Counted from the first letter of the stretch, positions 1 to 11,166 are shown. The stretch: 64,000 nt of DNA from Rhodocyclaceae bacterium (GCA_020248265.1 JADCHX010000012.1:20378-84377), one strand, 5' to 3'. Made by a program: numbers and translations. Notes: generated from the sequence alone by a model not told the origin.

Positions 1-76
1 CGCTGGGGCCGGCCGGAGCCGAGCCTTCGCCGCCAGACGGCTGGCAGCAGGCGTGGACGCGCGGTAAGCTCCTGCG

Positions 77-1165
77 TTGCACTCTTCGAGCATCTCCACT
101 GCCGTGACGTCCACTCCCGAATCCGATCATCCCGGCATTGCCCTGTGCCTTTCCGGTGGTGGCTATCGCGCAGTGCTGTTCAATGCCGGGGCCGTGCTGC
201 GACTCGCTGAGGCCGGACTCCTCGCGCGCGCGACCCGCGTCTGCGGGGTGTCCGGTGGCGCGATCGTTGCCGCACTGGTCTCGGTGCAGTGGTCGCGACT
301 GTCAGCAGACGGCTTCGCCCCGGCTTCTGTCCGACGCGAGATCGTCGGTCCGCTGCGCGCGCTGGCCGGTCGGACGCTGAACGGGCGTTCCGTGGTCGGT
401 GGCCTGCTGTTCCCGCGCTCGCTGAGCGAATGGATCTCGCACAACCTCGACCGTGAGCTCTACCGCGGTGTCCGGTTCGGCGACCTGCCATCGGGGCCGA
501 GCCTGTCGATCGGCGCCAGCCAGCTGAACTCGGGCTGCCGCCTGGTGTTCGGCAACGAAGTACGCAGCCGTGCAGGGGCGATATCGATCGGAGATCCGAG
601 CTACCCGGTGACCGACGCGGTCTGTGCATCGATCGCGATGCCGCCGGCGTTTCCGGCGCTGCGCGTGAGTGGCAGCGCGATTGACGGCGACTCGCATGCG
701 ATGCAGCTGGCCGACGGCATGCTGTGCGATCCGCTCGCACTGGCCGATGCACAGGACTGCAGGACGCTTTGGGTCAGCGACGGGGGCGGCGCGCTGGTCG
801 ACGAGGCGTCCTTCGACGGCAAGAGCGAGCAGGCCGCGCGTGTGATCGAAGTGTTGCAGCACTCGTTGAGCGTGGCGCCCAGGGACGCGTTGTTGTCGGC
901 CTTCCGGGATGGTCGACATGCCGGCGCCTACTGGTCGCTGCGCGCGGCCACTGCCGACTACCCTGCCGATACCTGCCTTGTCTGCCCGCCGGCGCGCGCG
1001 GCCGAGCTGGCGGCGCTGCCGACCTTGTTCACCGCGATGCGCGATGAGCTGCAGGAGCGACTGATCAACTGGGGCTATGCGATCTGCGACATTGCCCTTC
1101 GCTCCTGGTGCGACGAGGCGCTGCCGCGCCCAGCCGAGTTCCCGTACCGCGACCGGGGCCTCTGA
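77..1165 (+). CDS. Patatin-like phospholipase family protein
   Basis: 362-aa ORF with the patatin Ser-Asp dyad signature: a glycine-rich oxyanion motif CLSGGGYRAV near the N-terminus, a nucleophile elbow G-V-S-G-G (GxSxG), and a later Asp motif WVSDGGGA. The TTG start at 77 is uncertain and the upstream context is cut by the window edge. Confidence 0.75.
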   Translation: MHSSSISTAVTSTPESDHPGIALCLSGGGYRAVLFNAGAVLRLAEAGLLARATRVCGVSGGAIVAALVSVQWSRLSADGFAPASVRREIVGPLRALAGRTLNGRSVVGGLLFPRSLSEWISHNLDRELYRGVRFGDLPSGPSLSIGASQLNSGCRLVFGNEVRSRAGAISIGDPSYPVTDAVCASIAMPPAFPALRVSGSAIDGDSHAMQLADGMLCDPLALADAQDCRTLWVSDGGGALVDEASFDGKSEQAARVIEVLQHSLSVAPRDALLSAFRDGRHAGAYWSLRAATADYPADTCLVCPPARAAELAALPTLFTAMRDELQERLINWGYAICDIALRSWCDEALPRPAEFPYRDRGL

Positions 1166-1205
1166 ACGCCGCCTCGGCGCGTACCGCGGGCAGCTGCCGC
1201 CGCGT

Positions 1206-2450
1206 TCAGCCGGCCTGGTACACCGCACGTGCCGCGTCGACGCCCGCACCGCGGGTGAACCGGTGGTGCTCGCCCGCGAGTACTGCTTCCAGGGCCGCCA
1301 GGGTGGTCAGCACCGCATCGCGGCGCGCGTTGTAGCCCATCGCGCCGATGCGCCAGATGCGTCCGTGCAGCGGACCGAACGAGGTGCCGATCTCGATGTT
1401 GAACTCGTCCAGCATCGCGGTGCGGACACGGTCCCCGCTGACGCCCTCCGGTATCCAGACGCCTGTGACGTTTGGCATCTTGTTCGCCTTGTCGCCGAAG
1501 ATCTTGAGGTTCATCGCCTCTAGGGCTGCGACGATCGCGCGGCTGGCGAGGGCATGTCTTGCGAACACTGCCGCATGGCCCTCCTGCAGGAAGATGCGCG
1601 CGCATTCTCGTGCCGCGTAGAGCATGGAGGTGGCTTCAGTGTGGTGGTTGAGCGCTCGCTCGCTCCAGTAGTCGATGATCATCGCGAGGTCGAAGTAGTT
1701 CGACGCGATGATGCCTCCGGCGCCTGGCTGGTAGTTGGCCGGTCGCAATCCCTCCTCGACGTGGCGGCGCCGCATGATCACCTCGCACAGAGAGTCGGAC
1801 AGCGTGATCGGCGCGATGCCGGACGGGCCCGCGAGGCATTTCTGCAGCGCTCCGGTCACGCAGTCGATCTGCCAGGCTTCGACCGGCAGGGGGGTGCCGC
1901 ACAGCGATGCAGTAGCATCGACCTGGAGCATCACACCGTGGCGCCTGCACAGAGCGCCCAGTTCGGAGAGCGGCTGGAGCATGGTCGTCGAAGTGTCGCC
2001 CTGGCAGCAGGCCAGCAGCTTCGGGGAGAACGCGCGGATCTCGGCTTCGATCAGCGCCAGGTCGAACACCGTGCCCCATTCGGCCTCGATCACCCGCACT
2101 TGCGCGCCGACCCGACGCGCGATCTCGGCCTTCAGCTGGCCAAACCGTCCGAAGCTCGCCACCAGCACACGGTCGCCAGGCTCGACCAGCGACACCATCA
2201 CGGTCTCGATCGCCGAGCGCGCCGTACCGTCGATGCACAGGGTCTGCGCGTTGGACGTCTCGAACACGCCGCGATAGAGATCCTGGGTATCGCGCATGTA
2301 CTGGCGGAACTGGGGGTCGAACTGCCCGAGCAACTGCGCCGACATCGCGCGCAGCACGCGCGGATCTGCGTTGATCGGGCCGGGCCCCATCAGCAGCCGG
2401 GGCAGCGGATTGAGTTCGGACAATGCCTGCGTGGGTATCGAAGGTGACAT
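1206..2450 (-). CDS. Class V PLP-dependent aminotransferase (serine/alanine--glyoxylate aminotransferase type)
   Basis: The 414-aa ORF reads end to end like AGXT/SgaA-type enzymes (NPLPRLLMGPGPINADPRVLRAM...; GALQKCLAGPSG holds the expected PLP-lysine motif). The antisense ORFs over it are GC artefacts. Confidence 0.8.
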   Translation of the reverse strand: MSPSIPTQALSELNPLPRLLMGPGPINADPRVLRAMSAQLLGQFDPQFRQYMRDTQDLYRGVFETSNAQTLCIDGTARSAIETVMVSLVEPGDRVLVASFGRFGQLKAEIARRVGAQVRVIEAEWGTVFDLALIEAEIRAFSPKLLACCQGDTSTTMLQPLSELGALCRRHGVMLQVDATASLCGTPLPVEAWQIDCVTGALQKCLAGPSGIAPITLSDSLCEVIMRRRHVEEGLRPANYQPGAGGIIASNYFDLAMIIDYWSERALNHHTEATSMLYAARECARIFLQEGHAAVFARHALASRAIVAALEAMNLKIFGDKANKMPNVTGVWIPEGVSGDRVRTAMLDEFNIEIGTSFGPLHGRIWRIGAMGYNARRDAVLTTLAALEAVLAGEHHRFTRGAGVDAARAVYQAG

Positions 2451-2708
2451 GGTTCAACCGTGGCGTGGGAAGTTCAGGATACAAGCTGCACCGGACAAGT
2501 GTAGAACAGCGTCGGGCGGATCGGTCGAAATCGGCTTGCGCCCGTGTCGGATGCCAGCCGACGGCACTGGCGCGCGGGGGCCAGGGGACTACAATGGGGG
2601 CGGCCGTCGAGGCAGGGTCCGCAACCTGCGCGATGCCCGTGTCTGCCCGTCACCTCTTCGGCCGTCCATGCCCGACCCTTCCATCCCTTGCTGCCTGGCG
2701 GAGCACGC

Positions 2709-4928
2709 GTGCAACTGAGCGATGCCGCCCGCGCGGCCGGTATCGCGACTGGTTACCACGACATCTGGGGCCAGTGGCGCGACGTGCCGGACGATACGTT
2801 GATCGCGCTGCTCGATGCCCTCGGTTATCACGGCGCCCCCGATGCAAGGGCGCTCGCGCAGTCGGTCCAGTCGCAGCGGCGCTCCGAAGAACGGCGTCTG
2901 TTCGCCGAAACGGTAGTGGTTGAGGCCGGTGCGGCGGTGGCTATCCCGCTGTCGCGAGCCGGCTTGCGTGCGCTTGCGGGTGATGACTGGCCGGCAGTCG
3001 TCGCCCGGGTCGACTGGACGGTGTCGACCGAATCGGGTGCACGGCTGTCGGGCTCCTGCATGCCGTCCGAGCCGGATCCCCTGCTTGCGCTGCCCGCACT
3101 GCCGGCGGGCCGGCATAGGCTGTCCGTGTGCGTCGAAGGCATGCCGGTGCCCCCGGGCGGCGTGCCGTGCCAGCCTGCGGCGTCTGCCGTGCTGCTGTGT
3201 GCGCCGCCGCGCTGCCATCTTCCTGAGCCCCTGCGCGAAAGCGGCCGGCAGTGGGGAATCGCGGTGCAACTCTACGGCCTGCGTTCGCTGCGCAACTGGG
3301 GTATCGGCGACTTTACCGACCTGGGCTTGCTGGCCGAGTCCGCCGCAGCCTTGGGGGCCGGAGTGGTCGGGTTGAACCCGCTGCATGCGCTTGCGCTGGA
3401 CCGTCCCGAGCAGGCCAGTCCGTACTCGGCGGTGAGCCGCCTGTTCCTGCATCCGCTCTACATCGATCCCGAACGCATCGACGTGTTCACCGATCCGGCG
3501 GTCGTACCCGCGCTCTGCCGGCAGTTCGCACCCGAGGCGGAGCGGGCACGCCTGCGTGCCGCCGAGCGGGTCGATTACCCGGGCGTCGCACGATTGAAGC
3601 TTGCGGCGATGCGCGCGATCTACGACGCATTCGTACGCGACGAGTGCGCCGGAACGGGCCCGGGTTCGGCCGCTCATGCGCCAGGCCGATGGCAGCGCGA
3701 GTTCGAGGCGTTCGCCGCGTCGAACGACGCGCTGCGCCTGCATGCCACCTACCAGTCGATCCAGTCCACGCTGCATCGGGCGGATTCTTCGGTCTGGGGC
3801 TGGCCCTGCTGGCCTCTGCCGCTACGCGACCCGTCGGGTGAAGCCGTGGCGCAGTGGCAGAGGGAGCATGCGCACGACACCGGGTTCCATGTGTTCCTCG
3901 AATGGCAGGCATCGCGCCAGTGGCAGCAGGTGCGTGCCTGCACCACGCGCGCCGGCATCCTGCTGTACGGCGATCTGGCGCTCGGCGCCGACCGTGGCGG
4001 TTCGGAAGTCTGGGCTGCACAGGGCGCGCATGCGCTGGCCACCAGTGCCGGGTGCCCGCCGGACGACTTCAACCTGCAGGGGCAGGACTGGGGTCTGCCG
4101 CCACTGCGCCCCGACCACCTGCGTGCCGATGGGTGCGCGGCCTTCCGGTCGGTGGTTGCGGCCAGCATGGCCCGCTTCGACGCGCTGCGCCTCGATCATG
4201 TGATGAGCCTGATGCGGCTGTTCTGGATACCACCCGGGGCAGGCCCGGTGGCCGGCGCATATGTGGATTATCCGTTCGAGGCGATGCTGGCGACGCTGCG
4301 CATCGAAAGCGAACGTCATGCGTGCATGGTCATCGGCGAGGACCTCGGTACGGTCCAGCCGGCGGTGCGCGAAGGGCTGCGGTGCGCCGACGTGCTGTCC
4401 TACCGGTTGCTGGTATTCGAGCGTGACGGGACGGATCACTTCCGGCGACCGCACGATTATCCGCGGCTGGCGCTGGCTTCCATCGGCAGCCACGACCTGT
4501 CGCCATTGCAGGGGTGGTGGGTCGGCGATGACCTCGACCAGCGGCGCTGCCTCGGCCTGCTCGACGAGGGCCAGTACGAACGCTTCGCCTCGGACCGCAG
4601 TCAGGCACGCGCGGCGCTGCTCGGCGCGCTCGCCGAAGCCGGGTTATTGCCGGAGGGTGAGTCCACGGATGCCGGTCGCTATGCGGTGCTGCCGCCCGGC
4701 CTGGTCGACGCAGTGCATACCTTCCTCGCTCGCACCGCCTCGATGTGGACGATGGTCAATCCGGAGGACGTGTTCGACCTGGTCGAGGCGACCAACCTGC
4801 CCGGCACGACCTTCGAGCACCCCAACTGGTCGCGCCGGCTGCCGGTACCGGTCGAGGAGTGGGTCGCGCATCCGCGCTGGCGGGCTGTCGCGGGAACCCA
4901 GCGCGAGCGCTCCGGCGGGCTGCGCTGA
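2709..4928 (+). CDS. malQ: 4-alpha-glucanotransferase (amylomaltase, GH77)
   Basis: GH77 signature strings are present: FLHPLYIDPE, LRLDHVMSLMRLFWIP, VIGEDLGTV, GSHDLSPLQGWW, NLPGTTFEHPNW. The track ORF starts at 2544. I prefer GTG 2709 (VQLSDAARAAGIATGYHDIWG...) because the recognisable N-terminus begins there. Confidence 0.85.
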   Translation: MQLSDAARAAGIATGYHDIWGQWRDVPDDTLIALLDALGYHGAPDARALAQSVQSQRRSEERRLFAETVVVEAGAAVAIPLSRAGLRALAGDDWPAVVARVDWTVSTESGARLSGSCMPSEPDPLLALPALPAGRHRLSVCVEGMPVPPGGVPCQPAASAVLLCAPPRCHLPEPLRESGRQWGIAVQLYGLRSLRNWGIGDFTDLGLLAESAAALGAGVVGLNPLHALALDRPEQASPYSAVSRLFLHPLYIDPERIDVFTDPAVVPALCRQFAPEAERARLRAAERVDYPGVARLKLAAMRAIYDAFVRDECAGTGPGSAAHAPGRWQREFEAFAASNDALRLHATYQSIQSTLHRADSSVWGWPCWPLPLRDPSGEAVAQWQREHAHDTGFHVFLEWQASRQWQQVRACTTRAGILLYGDLALGADRGGSEVWAAQGAHALATSAGCPPDDFNLQGQDWGLPPLRPDHLRADGCAAFRSVVAASMARFDALRLDHVMSLMRLFWIPPGAGPVAGAYVDYPFEAMLATLRIESERHACMVIGEDLGTVQPAVREGLRCADVLSYRLLVFERDGTDHFRRPHDYPRLALASIGSHDLSPLQGWWVGDDLDQRRCLGLLDEGQYERFASDRSQARAALLGALAEAGLLPEGESTDAGRYAVLPPGLVDAVHTFLARTASMWTMVNPEDVFDLVEATNLPGTTFEHPNWSRRLPVPVEEWVAHPRWRAVAGTQRERSGGLR

Positions 4929-4935
4929 GCGCGTA

Positions 4936-6024
4936 TCAGTCCGCCTTCGCGCCGGACACGCGCGCGACTTCCGCCCATCTGGCGATCTCGCGTCGGATGA
5001 AGGCACCGAACTGTTCCGGAGTCTGCGCGGCCGACGGCGTGGCACCCTGCTGGGCGAATCGTTCGCGCACCTCCGGCGATGCAACGGCCTTGAGCACCTC
5101 GAGGTTCAGTCGCTGCACGATCGGGCGCGGCGTGTCGGCCGGGGCCAGCATGCCGAACCAGATCATCAGTTCATAGCCGGGCAGGCCCGCTGCCTCGACG
5201 ACCGTCGGCAACTCGGGCAGGATCGGCAACCGGGCCCGCGAGGTGACGGCCAGCGCGCGCACCTTGCCGGAACGGATATGCGGTATCGCCGTTGGCAGCG
5301 GTTCGATCTGGATCTGCACCTGGCCGCCGATCAGGTCGGCGATCGCGGCCGCGCCCCCCTTGTACGGCACATGGACCATGTCGATCTTGGCCAGTGCCTT
5401 CAGCAGTTCGGCACCCATGTGCTGCGAGGTGCCGGCGCCTGCCGAGGCGTAATTGAGCGAGCCCGGCTTCGCGCGGGCCAGCGCGATCAGATCCCGCATC
5501 GAGCCGGCCGCAACCGAGGGCGTGACCAGCACGACGCTCGGCACTTCGGCCAGCGGGGCGATCGGTGCGAACGCCTTGACCGGGTCGTAGGGCAGATTGC
5601 GGTACAGCGCCGGGCTGACCGCGACGGTACTGGTCGCGCCGAAGGCGAGGGTGTAGCCGTCCGGATTGGCGCGCGCGGCGATGCCCAGCCCGAGCGTGCC
5701 ACCGGCGCCCGCCCGATTGTCGATGATGACCGTCTGCTTCATCTGTTCGCCGAGGCTCTGGCCGATGATGCGCGCGACCAGGTCGTTGATGCCGCCCGGC
5801 GGGAACGGCACGACCAGCCGGATCGGGCGATCGGGATAGCTGTTCGCGGCCGGTGGCTGCGCGGCGGCGGCCATGCCCGCCGTGCCGAACGTGGCAAGCG
5901 TCGACAGCGTGACGATCCAAGCGGCGGCCATGGCCACCTGCACTGCACGGGTGCGGCGAGTCCGGCCGCTGATGGTGTCGACACAACCGGTGGCGCCGCT
6001 GCCTGCTGCCATGCTCATCTCCAT
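4936..6024 (-). CDS. Tripartite tricarboxylate transporter substrate-binding protein (Bug/TctC family)
   Basis: A signal peptide is followed by YPDRPIRLVVPFPPGGINDLVARI..., NRAGAGG, YASAGAGTSQHM and VPYKGGAAA, all typical Bug-family motifs. The start is trimmed from track ORF 6378 to Met 6024, just upstream of the signal peptide. Confidence 0.8.
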   Translation of the reverse strand: MEMSMAAGSGATGCVDTISGRTRRTRAVQVAMAAAWIVTLSTLATFGTAGMAAAAQPPAANSYPDRPIRLVVPFPPGGINDLVARIIGQSLGEQMKQTVIIDNRAGAGGTLGLGIAARANPDGYTLAFGATSTVAVSPALYRNLPYDPVKAFAPIAPLAEVPSVVLVTPSVAAGSMRDLIALARAKPGSLNYASAGAGTSQHMGAELLKALAKIDMVHVPYKGGAAAIADLIGGQVQIQIEPLPTAIPHIRSGKVRALAVTSRARLPILPELPTVVEAAGLPGYELMIWFGMLAPADTPRPIVQRLNLEVLKAVASPEVRERFAQQGATPSAAQTPEQFGAFIRREIARWAEVARVSGAKAD

Positions 6025-6159
6025 GAAGTTTCCGGTGGACGACGACTGTGCGCCCCTGCGGGCGTACATGCATCGCGCGGCGCGGAGCATGGCACACTTG
6101 GAGCCCTTCGGCGAACCCCTGCAGGGATCCTGCGCGGGGCCGGTTTCAGGGAGCAGCAC

Positions 6160-6975
6160 ATGCGGGTGGCGATCATCGGGGCAGGCAGCATCGCGCGCAT
6201 CGCGCTGGAGCACACCCAGCGCGGCACGCTCGGCGATGTCGAGGTCGTGGCGCTGATGGGGCGCAGCATGAACTCGCGCGGCCGCGCGCTGGCGCAGGCG
6301 AATGGCTGTGCGTTCGTCGCCGATATCGACGGGCTGCTGGCGACCTCGCCGGACGTGGTGGTCGAGGCGGCCGGCCATGAAGCCGTGCGCCTCTACGCCG
6401 AGGCTGTGCTCGCGCGTGGCCTCGCGCTGGTCGTGCTTTCATGCGGCGCGCTGGCGGACGACGCGTTGCGCGGCCGGCTGGAGGCGGCTGCCCGTGCCGC
6501 CAGGGGCCTGCTGTACGTACCGTCTGGCGGCATCTGCGGACTCGACGGGGTCAAGACGATGGCCCTTGCCGGCATCGACGAGGCGTCGATCGCGGTGACC
6601 AAGCCACCGATCGCGTGGAAGGGCATCGCGTATGTAGACCGACTGGGCATCGACCTGGCGGCGCTGCGCGAGGCAACCGTCCTGTACGACGGACCGGTGC
6701 GCGAGGGCGCGGGCCACTTTCCGGCGAACGTGAACATCGCCGCCGGGCTGGCGCTGGCCGGCATCGGCTTCGATCGCACGCGGTTGAAGGTGGTGGCCGA
6801 TCCCGCGCTCACGCGCAACACCCACTTCATCGAGATCCGCGGCAAGGCGAGCGATATCTCGATCCGTCTGGCGAACGTCGCCGACCCGGAGAACCCGAAG
6901 ACCGCGTGGCTCGCCTGCTACAGCGCACTGTGTGCGATTCGAGAGGCGAGAAGCAACGTCCGTTACGGCACCTGA
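6160..6975 (+). CDS. L-aspartate dehydrogenase-like protein (NadX family)
   Basis: It has a Rossmann N-terminus MRVAIIGAGSIA. The C-terminal part (GGICGLDGVKT..., NTHFIEIRG) resembles the aspartate dehydrogenase domain. Only the last 272 codons of the 904-aa track ORF 4261-6975 are credible. Confidence 0.7.
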   Translation: MRVAIIGAGSIARIALEHTQRGTLGDVEVVALMGRSMNSRGRALAQANGCAFVADIDGLLATSPDVVVEAAGHEAVRLYAEAVLARGLALVVLSCGALADDALRGRLEAAARAARGLLYVPSGGICGLDGVKTMALAGIDEASIAVTKPPIAWKGIAYVDRLGIDLAALREATVLYDGPVREGAGHFPANVNIAAGLALAGIGFDRTRLKVVADPALTRNTHFIEIRGKASDISIRLANVADPENPKTAWLACYSALCAIREARSNVRYGT

Positions 6976-7005
6976 ATCACCTGAGCGGGCCGCGCCGGGG
7001 CCGGC

Positions 7006-7599
7006 TCAGCCGTACAGACGACTGTGTTTCGGCACGCGCGCCATCAGGTATTCCATCTGGTCGACGAGGATGCGGCGGTTCTGAAGGATCATATGCTCAT
7101 GCCGGTTGGGCACATACGGCAGGTAGAGCAGCGGCATGCGCGCGGCCTCGGGCGTGCGGTTGTCTTTCTTGCTGTTGCACGCCCTGCAGGCGGTCACCAC
7201 GTTCATCCAGCGGTCTTCGCCGCCGCGCGACAGCGGCACGATATGGTCGCGTGACAGTTCCCGCTCGCGCAGGCGGTCGCCGCAGTACGCACAGACCTGC
7301 CGGTCGCGCACGAACAGCGCTGCGTTGATCAGTGCCGGTTCGCGCCGGAACTCCCTCGCGAACGAGCCCGACCCCTTGATCGCGATGATGCTCGCGGTCG
7401 AGAGTTCGGAGCGCTCTCCAGTGCTGCGCGACAGGCCGCCGTGGTAGGTGCGCACGATGCTGCCGATCGACCATGCCACCTGGTGCTTGGCGTGGTAGGT
7501 GATCGCCTCTTCGACCAGCAACCAGCGACGCGGTATCCCGCCTGGATCGACTTCCAGGATCAGCGGCTCACCTCGGGCGCGACTACCGAATGCAGTCAT
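7006..7599 (-). CDS. HNH endonuclease family protein
   Basis: HNH/zinc motif CAYCG...SRDHIVPLSRGGEDRWMNVVTACRACNSKKDNRTP. Confidence 0.8.
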   Translation of the reverse strand: MTAFGSRARGEPLILEVDPGGIPRRWLLVEEAITYHAKHQVAWSIGSIVRTYHGGLSRSTGERSELSTASIIAIKGSGSFAREFRREPALINAALFVRDRQVCAYCGDRLRERELSRDHIVPLSRGGEDRWMNVVTACRACNSKKDNRTPEAARMPLLYLPYVPNRHEHMILQNRRILVDQMEYLMARVPKHSRLYG

Positions 7600-7696
7600 G
7601 GTTCCCGAACATTAGGAACGATGGCGCGCGATGTCAAGCCGGATCGGCCTGGCAGGCAGGGCAGGGGCTTCGCATGTGGCCTGGCATGACGCCGGC

Positions 7697-7792
7697 TGGC
7701 GGAAGAGAGTGCGAGTCGAACGCACGGAGGACTGGATCACAGCCCTCACCGGGTTTGAAGTCCGGCCGTCCCACCGGGGACGTTTCCCTTCC
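7697..7792 (-). tRNA. selC: tRNA-Sec (anticodon UCA)
   Basis: Hand-folded 96-nt minus-strand RNA: GGAAGGGA-AA-CGTCCC-CGGT-GGGACG-G-CCGGA-CUUCAAA-CCCGG-[23-nt variable arm GAGGGCUG/CAGUCCUC]-GUGCG-UUCGACU-CGCAC-UCUCUUCC-G-CCA. It has the bacterial tRNA-Sec architecture: 8-bp acceptor stem, 6-bp D stem with 4-nt loop, UCA anticodon, long extra arm, 5-bp T stem and encoded CCA. It lies 20 nt downstream of selB. Confidence 0.9.
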
Positions 7793-7812
7793 AGTGCTGC
7801 GCGTGGATTATC

Positions 7813-9765
7813 TCACGCGTCTGGCCGTGCGTCCGTCTGCGCTGCCTCGCGGTAGACGTCGGACACCTTGCGCCGGAGCTTGCGTGCGTCGCCGACGCGC
7901 AACGTCAGCCCTGCGCTGTCGAAGTGTTCGAGGATCTGGATGGCGAGGCTGCGGCCGATGCCCGCCTGATCGCGATACTGCGCTGCATTGAACTGCCCGC
8001 CAGGGACGGCCTGGGCAGTCGCCTCGACCAGCCGTGCGAGCGCCACGATCGCCGTCCGCAGGTAGACGCGCTGCGGGTCGATGCGCACCAGTTCGCCGCG
8101 CTTGATCCGGCGCTGGAGCATGGCCTGCAGGGCCTTCTCGTCGAGTTTCAGCGTGGCGGCAATCTCGCGCACCTGCGGCGGCGCATTCGGGGTCTTCGAC
8201 AGCAGCGGCCGGACCCGCTTCCACATCGCCTCGTCGGCGCTGTTCGCCGCCGCGTCGAAGCCGGGCAGGCGGGCGAGGCCACCGGTGAGCTCCAGCGTGC
8301 GTGCCTGTACTGCATCGCGCAGCACTGCCTGCAGGATCTCGTCGGGCAGCGCGAGGCCCGCATTCTTCTGCAGCACGGCCAGTTCGATGCCCGTTGCCTG
8401 CGGGGATTTCACGTGGAAGCTGCGCACCTCGGCGAGCAGGGCCTCGCGCATCGTGGCGAGCCGGGCGGGCTCGAATGCGCGCCGCGACTCGCGTCCGAGT
8501 ACCTGCAGGCCGGCCGCCTTGTACAGACGCTGAGCGGCCTCGGCGGTGAGGTTGAAGCGGCGCTCGAACAGCGCGACATCGATGCCGGCCGTGGCGTGCG
8601 GCAGCAGGGCCTGAAGCACGTCCGATGGCGCTCCGCCATCGAGCGCCGCCAGTTCCAGCTGGCGCTCGGCGATCCGCCGGCGGCGCGGCGGCGGGAACGG
8701 ATCGATCACATGCCCGCCGCCGATCGTGCGCTGGGCAGAAAAGTCGCGCACGATGAAGCGGTCCCCGGCGATCGCACCGACCGGCTGGTCGAGCACGATC
8801 TGCGCGACCTCTGCGGTGCCCGGCGCGACGGACAGGTCGCGCCGCGTCGACAGGCGGCCGGTGACATCGGCGGTGCCCAGGTGCAGGTGCACCGGCGTCC
8901 AGTGGCGCAGCGGGTTCGCTTCGGTCGCCAGCGCGCGCAGGTGCACGTCGATGCGGCTGGTCGGGGCATGGATGGCGGGATCCACCAGCCACTCGCCCCG
9001 TGTGATCGAGTCTTTCTGCAGGTCGGCGCCGGTGAGGTTGACCGCGCACCGGGCACCGGCCGTCGCCTGTTCCACCGTTCGTCCCTGGACCTGCAGCCCG
9101 CGCACCCGTACGGTGACGCCGGACGGCGACAAAGACAGCGTATCGCCAACCTTCACGCGTCCGGCGAAGATGGTGCCGGTGACCACGGTTCCGCTGCCGG
9201 CCACCGTAAAGCAACGGTCGATCGCGAGCCGGAAGTGCCTGCCTTCGGAAGCCCCCAGCCGCTGGGCCGACAGCCTTGCCACGAGCGTCTCGCGCAGGGC
9301 GTCGACGCCGTCCCCGGTCATTGCCGACACCGCCAGCACCGGGGCGTCGCGCAGCACGGTATCGGCGACCAGCGCGCGCAGTTCCGCGGTCACGGCCTCG
9401 ATCCGCTCGGGTGCGACACGGTCGACCTTGGTGATCACGAGCAGGCCCTGGCGTACGTCGAGCAGGTCCAGGATCGCCAGGTGCTCGCGCGTCTGGGGCA
9501 TCACGCCGTCATCGGCGGCGACCACGAGAAGCACGAAATCGATGCCGGATACGCCGGCGAGCATGTTGCGCACGAAACGTTCATGGCCCGGCACGTCGAT
9601 GAAGCCGATCGCGCTGCCGTCGGGCAGTCGCAAATGCGCGAAGCCGATGTCGATCGAGATGCCGCGCCGTTTCTCCTCGGGCAGGCGATCGGTGTCGATC
9701 CCGGTGAGGCGCTTGACGAGCAGCGTCTTGCCGTGGTCGATATGGCCTGCGGTGGCAACGATCAT
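7813..9765 (-). CDS. selB: Selenocysteine-specific translation elongation factor SelB
   Basis: The N-terminus [43 protein letters not shown] carries the G1-G4 GTPase motifs ([12 protein letters not shown]). A long C-terminal winged-helix region follows. The start is trimmed from 10083 to ATG 9765. Confidence 0.9.
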   Translation of the reverse strand: MIVATAGHIDHGKTLLVKRLTGIDTDRLPEEKRRGISIDIGFAHLRLPDGSAIGFIDVPGHERFVRNMLAGVSGIDFVLLVVAADDGVMPQTREHLAILDLLDVRQGLLVITKVDRVAPERIEAVTAELRALVADTVLRDAPVLAVSAMTGDGVDALRETLVARLSAQRLGASEGRHFRLAIDRCFTVAGSGTVVTGTIFAGRVKVGDTLSLSPSGVTVRVRGLQVQGRTVEQATAGARCAVNLTGADLQKDSITRGEWLVDPAIHAPTSRIDVHLRALATEANPLRHWTPVHLHLGTADVTGRLSTRRDLSVAPGTAEVAQIVLDQPVGAIAGDRFIVRDFSAQRTIGGGHVIDPFPPPRRRRIAERQLELAALDGGAPSDVLQALLPHATAGIDVALFERRFNLTAEAAQRLYKAAGLQVLGRESRRAFEPARLATMREALLAEVRSFHVKSPQATGIELAVLQKNAGLALPDEILQAVLRDAVQARTLELTGGLARLPGFDAAANSADEAMWKRVRPLLSKTPNAPPQVREIAATLKLDEKALQAMLQRRIKRGELVRIDPQRVYLRTAIVALARLVEATAQAVPGGQFNAAQYRDQAGIGRSLAIQILEHFDSAGLTLRVGDARKLRRKVSDVYREAAQTDARPDA

Positions 9766-9772
9766 CGCCGGG

Positions 9773-11158
9773 TCAGGCCGCCAGTAGCGGCAGTTGCGCG
9801 ACCAGCACCGCCTCGCCGTCGGATTCGAGGCAGCGCAGGTCGAGCAGCAGGGCGTTGTCGTGGATGCGGCCGACCACCGGCCGCGGCAGGGCGCGTAGCC
9901 GTAACGCGAGGCGGTCCAGGTGGCCGCCCCGGCCGGCGAACCGGATCGCGAGGGCGGCCGAGGGCAGGCGGTCGACAGGCAATGAGCCGCTGCCGATCTG
10001 GCTCGAACAGTCGACCACCTCGACCGTCGCGCGTTCGCCGAGTACCGCGGCGAACGCGGGTTGCAGGCGCATCGCGCAGGCACGGATATCCTCGCGCGGC
10101 CGCGTCAGCAGCCGCAGCGCCGGCAGCCGCTGGCGCAGCCGGTCGGGATCGAGGTACAGACGCAACGTGGCTTCCAGTGCGGCGATGGTCATCTTGTCGA
10201 GGCGCAGCGCCCGCTTGAGCGGGCATTTCCGGATGCGGTCGATCAGCGCCTTGCGGCCGACGATCAGTCCGGCCTGCGGACCGCCGAGCAGCTTGTCGCC
10301 GCTGAAGGTGACCACGTCGGCGCCGTCGGCCAGTGCTTCCTTCGGCGTCGGTTCGTGCGGCAGACCATAGGGAGTCAGATCGACCAGCGAACCGCTGCCG
10401 AGGTCCTCCAGCATCGGCAACTCGTGCGCGTGGGCGATGCCGGCGAGGGTCCTGGTGTCGACCGTCGAGGTGAAGCCCTCGACCTGGTAGTTGCTCGGGT
10501 GCACGCGCATCAGGGCGGCGGTCGAGCGCCCGATCGCCTCTTCGTAGTCGCCGCCATGGGTGCGGTTGGTGGTTCCCACTTCGCGCAGCTTGCAGCCGGC
10601 ACGGCTCATGATGTCGGGCATGCGGAATGCACCACCGATCTCGATGAGTTCGCCGCGCGACACGATGACCTCGCGGCGCGCCGCCAGCGCGGTCAGCGTC
10701 AGCAGTACCGCAGCCGCATTGTTGTTTACCAGAGTCGCGGCTTCGGCGCCGGTGATCCGGCACAGCAGCTTCTCGACGTGGCTGTCCCGTTCGCCGCGCC
10801 GGCCGGTAACGAGATCGAACTCGAGGTTGGACGGCTGGCCCATCACGGCCATCACTGCCTCGATTGCCTCCGGGGCCGCCCACGCGCGGCCGAGGTTGGT
10901 GTGCAGCACCGTGCCGGTCAGGTTCAGCACCGGCATCAGCCCGGGCCGGGTGTCCTGTTCCAGCAGTCGTTCACAATCGTCGAAGAGGGTGGCCGGTTCG
11001 AAGACCGTGGCCGTCGCCCGAAGCCGTTCGATTCCGGCGCGCACGGCATCCAGCGCGAGCGAGCGGCCATGCCGTTCGATCAACCGCTGGCCCTCGACCG
11101 ATCGCAGCAGGCGGTCGACCGAGGGCGGATGGTATGTTGCAGCGGCTGGATCGTTCAC
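9773..11158 (-). CDS. selA: L-seryl-tRNA(Sec) selenium transferase SelA
   Basis: SelA-typical strings [40 protein letters not shown] and [13 protein letters not shown] (PLP lysine). The start is assigned to GTG 11158, 8 nt after the upstream stop. The track ORF extends to 11392 without homology. Confidence 0.9.
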   Translation of the reverse strand: MNDPAAATYHPPSVDRLLRSVEGQRLIERHGRSLALDAVRAGIERLRATATVFEPATLFDDCERLLEQDTRPGLMPVLNLTGTVLHTNLGRAWAAPEAIEAVMAVMGQPSNLEFDLVTGRRGERDSHVEKLLCRITGAEAATLVNNNAAAVLLTLTALAARREVIVSRGELIEIGGAFRMPDIMSRAGCKLREVGTTNRTHGGDYEEAIGRSTAALMRVHPSNYQVEGFTSTVDTRTLAGIAHAHELPMLEDLGSGSLVDLTPYGLPHEPTPKEALADGADVVTFSGDKLLGGPQAGLIVGRKALIDRIRKCPLKRALRLDKMTIAALEATLRLYLDPDRLRQRLPALRLLTRPREDIRACAMRLQPAFAAVLGERATVEVVDCSSQIGSGSLPVDRLPSAALAIRFAGRGGHLDRLALRLRALPRPVVGRIHDNALLLDLRCLESDGEAVLVAQLPLLAA

Positions 11159-11166
11159 GGCATGGT

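Noticed and set aside
4261-6975. 904-aa plus-strand ORF apparently fusing malQ-overlapping sequence to the aspartate dehydrogenase-like gene
   Set aside because: The first ~630 codons overlap malQ out of frame and run antisense to the Bug SBP gene. Only the segment from ATG 6160 (MRVAIIGAGS...) is credible.
7006-7792. Possibility that the HNH endonuclease gene marks a genomic island inserted at selC (a classical island hotspot)
   Set aside because: I found no copy of the selC 3' end and no integrase nearby. The GC content of the HNH gene matches the surroundings. It is treated as a resident gene.
7924-10218. 764-aa ORF on the plus strand
   Set aside because: It is antisense to selB/selA and has no motifs. 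The selB and selA translations are canonical.
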